A stretch of 44,601 nucleotides of DNA. Origin: an uncultured Fibrobacterota bacterium (lineage in GTDB: Bacteria > Fibrobacterota > Chitinivibrionia > Chitinivibrionales > FEN-1185). The stretch spans positions 1 through 44,601 of the forward strand of contig CAVSQB010000037.1 of NCBI GenBank assembly GCA_963729895.1, in the 5' to 3' direction. The notes beneath the pieces were generated by a model. The model was not told the DNA's origin and made no database searches. It saw only the letters and a program-made list of their open reading frames with translations. Both the position numbers and the translations under genes were made by a program. Numbering within the stretch: the stretch's first letter is position 1; every line of letters begins with the position of its first letter. Shown here in pieces: positions 36,022-44,601 of the stretch.

Positions 36022-37071
36022 ATGATAAGAAACCTATCCGTCTCACTCAGCTTGCCGTTGATCGTATGCATACTTTGCTCCTGCCATTCAAGGGTTCCGC
36101 CAAACGCCGCGGGGAACAAATTCAATACAACCCCGGTGGTCGAAGGGTTTGTGGTGAAACCGACAGAAATCACAGAAGCCATTTCGGTTTCGGGGACGCT
36201 CATGGCCTTTGAAGAGACCGTGCTCATGCCCGATGTTGCGGGCAGGGTGGTGGCGATCAATCTGCCGGAAGGAAAGCTTGTCAAACAGGGAACGTTGGTC
36301 GTCAAACTGTTCGACGAGGATCTCCAGGCAAGCCTGAAGAAATCACAGACGGAATTGGAAATCGCGGTGCAAACGCAGAAGAGGCAGAGCGAACTGATAA
36401 AGGTCAACGGTATCAGCCAGTCGGATTACGATCAGGCGGTCCTCCAGGTAAGCTCGATCAACGCGGATATCGACATCCTCAAGGTGCAAATACGCAAGAC
36501 CGAAGTGCGCGCGCCGTTCGACGGTGTAATTGGCCTTCGCAGCGTAAGCGTGGGCGCCGAGGTGACACCCGGGACTCCGCTTGCCACGATCCGCTCCGTG
36601 CAGCAATTGAAACTGGATTTCAGCGTTCCCGAAAAATACGGCTCGGGCGTCAAGGCGGGGATGAAGGTGAAGTTTACCGTGCAGGGTGATGACGCAGCGC
36701 ACGACGCAACCGTCATGGCGACGGAAGAGGGTATCGACGTGACGACACGCAACCTCAAGGCGCGGGCCGTGGTTAAGAACAAGGACGCTGCTTTGAAGCC
36801 AGGCGCATTTGCAAATGTGGAATTGGAACTGGGCCATAATGCACACGCCCTGATGGTTCCCACGCAGGCCATCATTCCCCAGGAGCGGACCAAACAATTG
36901 ATTATCGCAAAGAACGGCAAGGCAAAATTTGTCACGGTGACAACAGGCGTGCGCCAGGATTCGAACGTTGAAGTTCTCGACGGCATCCAGGCCGGAGACA
37001 CTGTTGTCACAACCGGTTTGCTCTTCCTGAAACCGGGCGCGGACCTGAAATTTTCAAAGGTAGTTCAGTAG
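36022..37071 (+). CDS. RND efflux periplasmic adaptor
   Basis: Lipoprotein-like N-terminus, VRAPFDG, FSVPE, LKPG.F, VPTQAI. Confidence 0.92.
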   Translation: MIRNLSVSLSLPLIVCILCSCHSRVPPNAAGNKFNTTPVVEGFVVKPTEITEAISVSGTLMAFEETVLMPDVAGRVVAINLPEGKLVKQGTLVVKLFDEDLQASLKKSQTELEIAVQTQKRQSELIKVNGISQSDYDQAVLQVSSINADIDILKVQIRKTEVRAPFDGVIGLRSVSVGAEVTPGTPLATIRSVQQLKLDFSVPEKYGSGVKAGMKVKFTVQGDDAAHDATVMATEEGIDVTTRNLKARAVVKNKDAALKPGAFANVELELGHNAHALMVPTQAIIPQERTKQLIIAKNGKAKFVTVTTGVRQDSNVEVLDGIQAGDTVVTTGLLFLKPGADLKFSKVVQ

Positions 37072-37077
37072 CGCGAT

Positions 37078-40000
37078 ATGACACTCTCAGAATTTTCTCT
37101 CCATCGTCCCGTAGCCTCGATCGTCATGAGCCTGGTGATTGTGCTGCTCGGAGCGGTCGGCTTCAATTTTCTGGGCGTGCGGCTCTACCCTGCAATCGAC
37201 CCGCCCACCATCAACGTTCAAACAAAATACACGGGCGCCAATTCCGACATCATAGAATCACAGGTCACCGAGCCACTCGAAAAGGCGATCAACGGCATCG
37301 AGGGGATCAAGTCGATTTCCTCGTCTTCGGCAACAGGCAGCAGCAACATCGTCGTTGAGTTCAATGTCGGCGCCGATTTGGAAAAAGCGGCAAACGACGT
37401 TCGCGACAAGGTCGCTCAGGCGGCGCGCAACCTTCCCGTTGATATCGACGCGCCGCCCGTGGTAACCAAGGCGGACGCCAACAGTGATCCGATCATCGTT
37501 GTCTCGGTGCAGAGCACCACCATGAACGCGCTCCAGCTTAGCGATTATGCGGAAAACATCCTGCAGGAAAAACTCCAAACCATACCGGGTTTGAGTTCCG
37601 TCCAGCTCTTCGGCCAAAAGCGGCCGGCCATGCGATTGTGGCTCAACCCGGACAAGATGGCCGCGTACAACATCACTCCCCAGGACGTCAACGCGGTATT
37701 GGCAAAGGAGAACGTCGAACTTCCCAGCGGAAAGCTTACCGGCAGGTCCACGGAAATGATTGTCAAGACATTCGGCCTGCTCGTAACCGAAGAGGATTTC
37801 AACAATCTCATCATTCGGCAGACCAACGACCAGGTGATAAAGCTCAAAGATATCGGCGAAGCAGTGCTCGGTCCGGAAAATCCCGAGACCGGCATCAAGT
37901 TCAATGGCGCTGATGGAATTTTCGTTGCGCTTCTGCCGTTGCCTGGCGCCAATACTATACAGATCGCGAATGAGTTTTATAAACGGTTTGACCAGTTACA
38001 AAGTAATCTTCCGCCGGGCCTCAAACTTGATATCGGATACGATAAGTCGAAGTTCGTGCGGGCCTCGGTGAGTGACGTGCGGATGACGATCGGCATCGCC
38101 CTTTTTCTTGTGATCCTGATCGTGTTCCTGTTTTTCAGAAACTGGATACTCGCTCTGCGGCCGCTGCTGGACATTCCCGTATCGCTTGTCAGCGCATTTT
38201 TCATCATGTATGTGTTCGGGTTCTCAATCAACGTGCTCACGCTGCTCGCCATAGTGCTCGCCACCGGCCTCGTGGTTGACGACGGCATCGTGGTTACCGA
38301 AAATATTTACAAGAAGATAGAACGCGGCATGGGAATCTGGGATGCCTGCATACTCGGAACGCGCGAAGTGTTTTTTGTGGTCATCGCTACCTCAATGACC
38401 CTTGCGGTCGTCTTTATCCCCGTCATTTTTCTGCAGGGTTTCACCGGAAGGCTGTTTCGCGAATTCGGCATCGTGCTTGCCGGCGCGGTTCTCGTGTCCG
38501 CGTTCGTGGCGCTCACGCTGACGCCGGTGCTCAATCTCAAGCTCGGAAGAATCAACGCGCAGCATTCGAGGTTCTACAGGTCTACCGAACCGTTCTTTAC
38601 CGGCCTTGATTCAAACTACCGGAGAATCCTTGGCGGATTCATGAGTCGAAAATGGCTGTCGTTCGTGATACTCGGGGTCTGCATTGCGCTCATCCTGTTT
38701 TTCGGCAAAACGCTCAAGTCGGAGCTTGCGCCGCTGGAAGACCACAGCCTTATCCGCGCGAACATCACCCTTCCCGAAGGCACGAGCTTCGACTACACGC
38801 AAAATCTCGTCGATCGTGTGGCTCAACTTGAAATGGACAGCATATCCGAGGCCCGATTGCTTTTTGCGGGTGCCGGTCTGGGCGCGAACGGGACGAATAC
38901 CGGCGCCGTCCAGACATTCCTTGTGGAACCCAACCAGCGGATCGCCACCCAGCAGCAGATTTACGACAGGCTCTCAAAAATGTACAAACGGTTCCCGGCC
39001 GCTCGTGTGATTCCGATCCAGGAGCAGACAATATCCACGTCGCTTTCCGCCGGACGGCAGTTACCCGTGCAATTCGTGGTGCAGAATCTTGACTTCAGCA
39101 AACTGCAGGAGGCGCTGCCGAAATTCTTGGACGAGGCGCGTAACGATCCGGTTTTCGGAAGTATCGACGTTGACCTGAAATTCAACAAGCCTGAAGTGGA
39201 TCTCACCGTCAACAGGCTCAAGGCCACCGACCTTGGCGTCAACGTTATCGACATTTCCACGACCCTCGATTACGCCTTAAGCGGACGCCTCTACGAGTAT
39301 TATTTGCGTAACGGAAAACAGTACGAGGTGATCGGTCAGGTTGAACGGTCGGACCGCGACAAGCCTGCCGATATTACAGCGCTTTATGTCCGCAACAACG
39401 CCGGCAACCTCATCCAACTTGACAACCTTGTTACCATGACCGAAAACAGCAGCCCGCCCACCCTGTATCATTATAACCGGTATAAGTCGGCGACGGTCTC
39501 GGCGACGCTCGCGCAGGGAAAGGCGCTGGGCGAGGGTATAGTGGAAATGCGGAAAATAGCAAGAAAGGTCCTCGACGGAACGTTTAACACGGAGCTTTCC
39601 GGTCCTTCCCGGGATTTTGCCGAGAGCAGTTCCAACACGTCGTTCGCGCTCGTTCTCGCGCTCCTGTTCATCTATCTCATTCTGGCGTTCCAGTTCGAGA
39701 GTTTCCGCGAGCCGTTCATCATCATGCTTACCGTCCCGCTTGCCATTGCAGGCGCAATGCTGTCTCTGTGGCTGTTTCACATGACATTGAATATCTTCTC
39801 GGAAATCGGCATGATTATGCTTATCGGCCTTGTCACCAAGAACGGAATCCTTATCGTCGAGTTTGCAAATCAGAAGAGAAAGGCTGGCCTGGGCAAAACC
39901 GAGGCGGCGTTTGAAGCCGCGGCCGCGCGGCTCCGGCCGATTCTGATGACATCGCTGGCAACCGTATTCGGCGCGCTGCCGATCACGCTTGGCTTGGGCG

Positions 40001-40164
40001 CCGGCGCGGAAAGCCGCATGCCCCTTGGCGTCGTGGTTGATGGAGGATTGCTGTTCGCGCTCATCCTCACCCTGTTCGTTATTCCCGTTATGTATACGAT
40101 GATGGCGAAAGACCGGAAACCTGCGGCCGGGGCCGCGGCTCCTCAACCGAAACAGCCCGCATAA
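37078..40164 (+). CDS. RND efflux permease (AcrB/AcrD/AcrF family)
   Basis: 1028 aa; GLVVDDGIVV.EN, GLVTKNGIL.VEFA, RLRPILMT. Confidence 0.95.
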   Translation: MTLSEFSLHRPVASIVMSLVIVLLGAVGFNFLGVRLYPAIDPPTINVQTKYTGANSDIIESQVTEPLEKAINGIEGIKSISSSSATGSSNIVVEFNVGADLEKAANDVRDKVAQAARNLPVDIDAPPVVTKADANSDPIIVVSVQSTTMNALQLSDYAENILQEKLQTIPGLSSVQLFGQKRPAMRLWLNPDKMAAYNITPQDVNAVLAKENVELPSGKLTGRSTEMIVKTFGLLVTEEDFNNLIIRQTNDQVIKLKDIGEAVLGPENPETGIKFNGADGIFVALLPLPGANTIQIANEFYKRFDQLQSNLPPGLKLDIGYDKSKFVRASVSDVRMTIGIALFLVILIVFLFFRNWILALRPLLDIPVSLVSAFFIMYVFGFSINVLTLLAIVLATGLVVDDGIVVTENIYKKIERGMGIWDACILGTREVFFVVIATSMTLAVVFIPVIFLQGFTGRLFREFGIVLAGAVLVSAFVALTLTPVLNLKLGRINAQHSRFYRSTEPFFTGLDSNYRRILGGFMSRKWLSFVILGVCIALILFFGKTLKSELAPLEDHSLIRANITLPEGTSFDYTQNLVDRVAQLEMDSISEARLLFAGAGLGANGTNTGAVQTFLVEPNQRIATQQQIYDRLSKMYKRFPAARVIPIQEQTISTSLSAGRQLPVQFVVQNLDFSKLQEALPKFLDEARNDPVFGSIDVDLKFNKPEVDLTVNRLKATDLGVNVIDISTTLDYALSGRLYEYYLRNGKQYEVIGQVERSDRDKPADITALYVRNNAGNLIQLDNLVTMTENSSPPTLYHYNRYKSATVSATLAQGKALGEGIVEMRKIARKVLDGTFNTELSGPSRDFAESSSNTSFALVLALLFIYLILAFQFESFREPFIIMLTVPLAIAGAMLSLWLFHMTLNIFSEIGMIMLIGLVTKNGILIVEFANQKRKAGLGKTEAAFEAAAARLRPILMTSLATVFGALPITLGLGAGAESRMPLGVVVDGGLLFALILTLFVIPVMYTMMAKDRKPAAGAAAPQPKQPA

Positions 40165-41481
40165 ATGTTGACGATGAAGAACCGACTTCTCACCCCGTTT
40201 TTCCTGGCTGCATGGTGCACTGTTGCCGTAGGTGCACAGCCCCTGCTCACCGCCGACGAGGCGGTGAGCATTGCGCTCAAGAACAACTACGACATCCTGG
40301 TGGCTCACAACGACGCGGAAATAGCAAAAATCAACAACACCCCCGGCGGTGCCGGCATGCTGCCGTCCGTTGCCGTTTCCGGGTCCGACAACTATTCACT
40401 CAACACCGGCTATGAGAAGCTCGTAACCCCGCCTCCGCCCCAGATAAAATACAGCAACGTTGGAGCGAGCGTGTTTGCCGCAGGAGCGGTTCTTTCCTGG
40501 ACCCTGTTCGACGGCGGCAAGATGTTTGTCACCAAGAGGAAGCTGGGCGAGTTGGAAACGCTCGGAATGCTGCAATTCAAAGACAAGGTACTGCAAACCG
40601 CCTACGATGTCACCGCCGCGTATTACGACGTGGTGCGGCAGAAGCAGCAGCTGGCGTCCATCCGGGAAGTGATTACCTATAATCAAGAGCAGGTGACCAT
40701 TCTGCAGACAAGTTTCGGCGCCGGGCTTTCTCCCAAGACAACGCTGTTGCAGGCGCAGATAGACCTGAACGTGAACAAGGAAAACGCACTTGCCCAGGAA
40801 GTCGTCATCAAGATTGCCAAGAGGACACTCAACCTGTTCTTATGCCGGGATTCAGACGTTGAATTCGAGGTCTCGGATTCCATCCCGTTTGCCTATGCGC
40901 CGGACAAAACGCAAATGGTGGGGAAGTTGTACGCGAGCAATGTGGACATTCTGTCGTTTCAGAAACAAGTGGAGGTCGCCAGGCTCAGTTTGCAGGAAGT
41001 GCGATCGCTCGCTCTGCCGAGGATAACCGTGAGCGGCGGATTTGCCGCTTCACAAATCGACAACCCGGCAAGTTCATATTTTCTGGACCGCACCTTTGGC
41101 CCGCAAGCCGGCGGGGCTATCACCATTCCCTTGTACCAGGCAGGAAATGTCGCGCGCCAAATCGCGGCGGCAAAACTGCAGCTTTCTTCGACGGAATACG
41201 ATTTGAACAGCATCAAGCTGAGCGTTGCGGGTCAGCTTCAGAACGCGCTGGACGAATTTGAAATCCAGCGGTCCCTGCTGCAGCTCGAAAAAGGCAACGA
41301 CTCGCTTGCAAAAGAGAACCTGGACATTTCGATGGAGCGCCTGCGGCTTGGACAATCCACGTCGCTGGAGCTGCGGCAGGCGCAGGAAAGTTACGAGGAT
41401 TCGCGAACCCGCATCATCAATATAGAATACAATCTCAAGGCGGCGGAAACAAAGCTCAAACAGCTTATGGCGGAATTGTAA
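40165..41481 (+). CDS. TolC-family outer membrane efflux protein
   Basis: Signal peptide, ALKNN, WTLFDG, G.STSLELRQAQ. Confidence 0.9.
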   Translation: MLTMKNRLLTPFFLAAWCTVAVGAQPLLTADEAVSIALKNNYDILVAHNDAEIAKINNTPGGAGMLPSVAVSGSDNYSLNTGYEKLVTPPPPQIKYSNVGASVFAAGAVLSWTLFDGGKMFVTKRKLGELETLGMLQFKDKVLQTAYDVTAAYYDVVRQKQQLASIREVITYNQEQVTILQTSFGAGLSPKTTLLQAQIDLNVNKENALAQEVVIKIAKRTLNLFLCRDSDVEFEVSDSIPFAYAPDKTQMVGKLYASNVDILSFQKQVEVARLSLQEVRSLALPRITVSGGFAASQIDNPASSYFLDRTFGPQAGGAITIPLYQAGNVARQIAAAKLQLSSTEYDLNSIKLSVAGQLQNALDEFEIQRSLLQLEKGNDSLAKENLDISMERLRLGQSTSLELRQAQESYEDSRTRIINIEYNLKAAETKLKQLMAEL

Positions 41482-41734
41482 TCCCGGCTCGCCTGCGGTA
41501 AAATTTCCACAACCAAGATCCCACGTTTCGCCGGCCGCATGAAACCTGAGGTCTGTTGCTTTATCGAAAAGCAATAATTATATATAGAATGATGACGGTG
41601 AGCTTCGCACTAAGGACTGGCCGCCGGACATCTGTTGTTGTCTTCTCACGGCATGCCCATGGCGATGCAGTGTCGAATTGTCATAGATCCTCACGCCGTC
41701 CCGCAAACCTCAACGTGAGAACAGGCTCCCCCTC

Positions 41735-42817
41735 ATGGACTCACTCGTTGAAAGAATCGGCCATATTCCGTTCCGGCTCACCATGAAGGTATTTTCCCGG
41801 CCGCATGATCCCAAAACGCCTACCAGGCATTTCGACCGCATACGGGCCACGTTCAAGAAGCACACGCCGTCCATTGTGGTCGGCGACCACATCGGTTCCG
41901 GCGGGTTCGCGGACGTGTTCAAGGCAACGTCGAGTTACGACGGCGTTACCGACTTCGCAATCAAAATCCTTCGCAGCGACCTGCTCACCATCGGAAAGAG
42001 GAACGGCAACGACCCGCAGGAAGATGAGATGCGCGTCAAGGAGGTGAAGAAACGGTTTACCAACGAATCGTACGTTCAGTGGGACCTGAGCAAAAGCCTG
42101 TCGGACACCGTGTCGCGCAGCGTAGTGAAAGTGTTTGACTTCGGGGAATTCGATCACACGAATAGCTTCCGGTTCATCCTCATGGAGCAGATGGGCTCCA
42201 CGCTCCGGGGATTTCTGAGCGACAAGAGGTACATGGTCGATGCACCGGACATGCTCCTGTTCAAGACGAGGCTCATGCTCACCATCGCGGAGATGATCAG
42301 CAACGTACACACCGAAGGCATTTTCCACAGGGACATAAAGCCTGAGAACATCCTGTTTCCAAGAACTTTCACGCTGCCTGACCTCAGCGCCGGCGACCCG
42401 GGACGCAGGAGCAGCGCGAAAAAAATAGAAGCAAAGCTCGCGGATTTCGGCACCGTGCGCTGGGTGAAATCCTACGGGTCGAAATTAGACGGCGTCATCA
42501 TCGGGTCGCAGTTCTACATGTCGCCGGAACAGATTCACAATCCGGAGAACCTGGACCAACGCACCGATATCTACTCGTTCGGGATCGTGTGCTACGAGCT
42601 CCTGTACGGCGCGCACCCGAAAAGCATCAGCAGAAGCACCACGAACGTGCTGTCCAAACTCGCGCGCGAGAAACCCGTTGTGAGAACGCCGCCTAAAGGG
42701 TTCGAGGAGCTCAACGAGATCATTATGAAATGCATGGGCAGCATCAGGGAGCGGTACCAATCCATGGAGCATGTGGTGACGGATTTGAGGACGTTTTATG
42801 AGAGAATGGCAAGGTAG
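41735..42817 (+). CDS. Hanks-type Ser/Thr protein kinase, cytoplasmic
   Basis: IGSGGFADV, AIK, HRDIKPEN, DFG, YMSPEQ, DIYSFG; no TM segment. Confidence 0.92.
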   Translation: MDSLVERIGHIPFRLTMKVFSRPHDPKTPTRHFDRIRATFKKHTPSIVVGDHIGSGGFADVFKATSSYDGVTDFAIKILRSDLLTIGKRNGNDPQEDEMRVKEVKKRFTNESYVQWDLSKSLSDTVSRSVVKVFDFGEFDHTNSFRFILMEQMGSTLRGFLSDKRYMVDAPDMLLFKTRLMLTIAEMISNVHTEGIFHRDIKPENILFPRTFTLPDLSAGDPGRRSSAKKIEAKLADFGTVRWVKSYGSKLDGVIIGSQFYMSPEQIHNPENLDQRTDIYSFGIVCYELLYGAHPKSISRSTTNVLSKLAREKPVVRTPPKGFEELNEIIMKCMGSIRERYQSMEHVVTDLRTFYERMAR

Positions 42818-43094
42818 AGCAAGTCATTTCTTTTGATACGATAAGAAAGTTGGGCGTTCCCCCTTGGAGGGACACGGTATGGCATGTCCCTTCAAGGGGT
42901 CGGCCCGTCCTTCCGGTCTCGGCCTTATGCCTCGGGCCGCCTCGGCCTTATGCCGCAGAAGCGGCCGGGTCCGGGCGGCACCGCGGCTTTGGCGCGGCCT
43001 TCAGTCCTGCCTAACGCGCGGTAACGGGACAATGCGCATTTGCAAATTTTGGTGGCCAAATGCCTTGATCATACTATTCCAATTCCGAATAAGT

Positions 43095-43118
43095 CCCCCT
43101 GCGGGGGATTTAGGGGGC
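43095..43118. repeat. REP-like palindrome
   Basis: CCCCCTGCGGGGGATTTAGGGGGC in intergenic DNA. Confidence 0.4.
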
Positions 43119-43219
43119 TTACGAAATAATGGATCTGACAAGTACATCTGTTGACTTTTTCCATGGACACGGACTTGGAAAACAATAGGAGCGTTGAATC
43201 TTTCAGGGAGCAACACACA

Positions 43220-44332
43220 ATGCATCTGCGTCATGTTACCCGAATTCTTTTCGTACTTGTTGTCGCTCTTTTTCTCTCCACCTGTCAATCTCCCAACAAC
43301 TCCGTCATTTACGTCACGGTCACCAACCCACTGGCAAATCCTCTTTCCGGCCCGCCGGCCGGAAATCCGAGCGGCGCGTGCCAAATCCCCAGTGAGGCAG
43401 GGCCGGAGGATGTTTCAAGTCCTGACCATGTGATAGGCACAGGCACGCCGGAAAGCTGCACGCCGGACGCATTTATCAGTGCGGTTGCTTCGGGCGGGAA
43501 GATCGTTTTCAACGGCGGCACAGCTCCGTTCACCATCACGCTCCCCCGGCCGGCAAAGGTGTTCAACGATTCGAACCCGGACATCGTTATCGACGGAGGA
43601 GGGCTGGTAACGCTCTCAGGCGGCAACACCACGCGCATTGTGTACATGAACACCTGCGATTCCAACCAGCACTGGACAACATCGCATTGCCAGAACCAGG
43701 ACAGCCCGCACCTCGCGGTGCAGAACCTTACCTTTATAAACGGCAATTCCAAGAACGAAACAGTGTATGACGGCGGCGGCGCGATATGGGTGAGGGGCGG
43801 CAGGTTCAAGGTCGTCAATTGCCGGTTCTTCAGCAATGTCTGCGCGGACAGCGGGCCGGACGTGGGCGGCGCGGCAATCAGGGTCTTCAGCCAGTACAAC
43901 AACCTGCCGGTGTACGTTGTCAACACCACGTTCGGCGGTGCCCCCGGATACGGCAATGTGGGCGCAAACGGCGGAGGGATCAGCAGCATCGGCGTTTCGT
44001 GGACGCTCATCAATTGCCTGTTCTCGTACAACAGGGCCGTCGGCAACGGCGGCAACCCGGCGCAGTCGGGCACGCCCGGCGGCGGCAGCGGCGGCGGGAT
44101 CTACAACGACGGCAACACCATGACGCTTTCCCTGTGCGGGTGCCTCATCGATTCGAACCAGGTGAACGCATACGGCTCCGCGATATTCTTTGTAACCGAC
44201 GACCTCACCGGCAATATCATTATCCAGAATTCCGTGATCCGGAACAATATCGGGGGGTCGTGGTATGCGCTGCCAGGGATTTCGATGGAGGCAAGCACGA
44301 AGAGGGAAATTGTGAATTCGACGATTGAGTAG
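43220..44332 (+). CDS. Lipoprotein with pectin-lyase-like right-handed beta-helix
   Basis: Hydrophobic leader ending LFLSTC; repeated GGAI/GGGI...F..N motifs. Confidence 0.75.
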   Translation: MHLRHVTRILFVLVVALFLSTCQSPNNSVIYVTVTNPLANPLSGPPAGNPSGACQIPSEAGPEDVSSPDHVIGTGTPESCTPDAFISAVASGGKIVFNGGTAPFTITLPRPAKVFNDSNPDIVIDGGGLVTLSGGNTTRIVYMNTCDSNQHWTTSHCQNQDSPHLAVQNLTFINGNSKNETVYDGGGAIWVRGGRFKVVNCRFFSNVCADSGPDVGGAAIRVFSQYNNLPVYVVNTTFGGAPGYGNVGANGGGISSIGVSWTLINCLFSYNRAVGNGGNPAQSGTPGGGSGGGIYNDGNTMTLSLCGCLIDSNQVNAYGSAIFFVTDDLTGNIIIQNSVIRNNIGGSWYALPGISMEASTKREIVNSTIE

Positions 44333-44347
44333 GGGCAATATATCTAG

Positions 44348-44601
44348 CAGGGTGTTGAAAAAGTCTCCCTTTTGTAAACATTTATCCTTATATTATAGGG
44401 GAACCCCAACCAAGGAGTATTGATGAGAGGTTCCCAGCCAGCCCAAGGCGGTATGTTCAGCTTCGTTTCTCCGGATTCCCGAGTGCCGGCAACGCACCCG
44501 CTTCGTCGTGTCAAACAGTTTACGGACATAGCGCTGCGCCGCCTTTCTCGTGACTTTGAGGCGATGTACAGCCGGATGGGGCGCCCTTCGATACCGCCGG
44601 A
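44348..44601 (+). mobile_element. Second copy of the IS5-family element, truncated by the window end (transposase starts at 44420)
   Basis: CTAG at 44344-44347, then sequence matching 4655 onward except one synonymous change (A4888 vs G44581). Confidence 0.95.

Overview
Bacterial chromosomal segment, probably from an anaerobic diderm (MsbA, TolC proteins, Fe-S activase enzymes). Both window ends fall inside insertion sequences. Host genes: a cell-envelope glycosyltransferase/MsbA cluster (1.6-10.7 kb), an RlmD-like methyltransferase, a PlsA/PlsR-like activase-dehydratase pair followed by a B12 radical SAM gene, an ABC-2 exporter, TetR-EmrAB-TolC and RND-TolC efflux operons, a cytoplasmic Ser/Thr kinase and a beta-helix lipoprotein. 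The main observation is a precisely bounded 10,514-bp Mu-like transposable element (20615-31128). It has a 5-bp target duplication (CTGAC), non-canonical 5'-TAT...ATA-3' termini and repeated end sites. It encodes a repressor, a Ner/Cro-like protein, MuA- and MuB-like proteins, a Mor-family activator, one remodelled baseplate-J-like protein, a coiled-coil protein and a catalytically empty transposase paralogue, but no recognisable terminase, portal, capsid or tail genes. By inference it is a candidate transposable (Mu-type) phage satellite. The window also has a family of small palindromic IS200/IS605-like non-autonomous elements: two sit in tandem and in frame within a signal-peptide region, and one is split by an IS5. 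All protein assignments come from motif recognition by eye, not from database searches.
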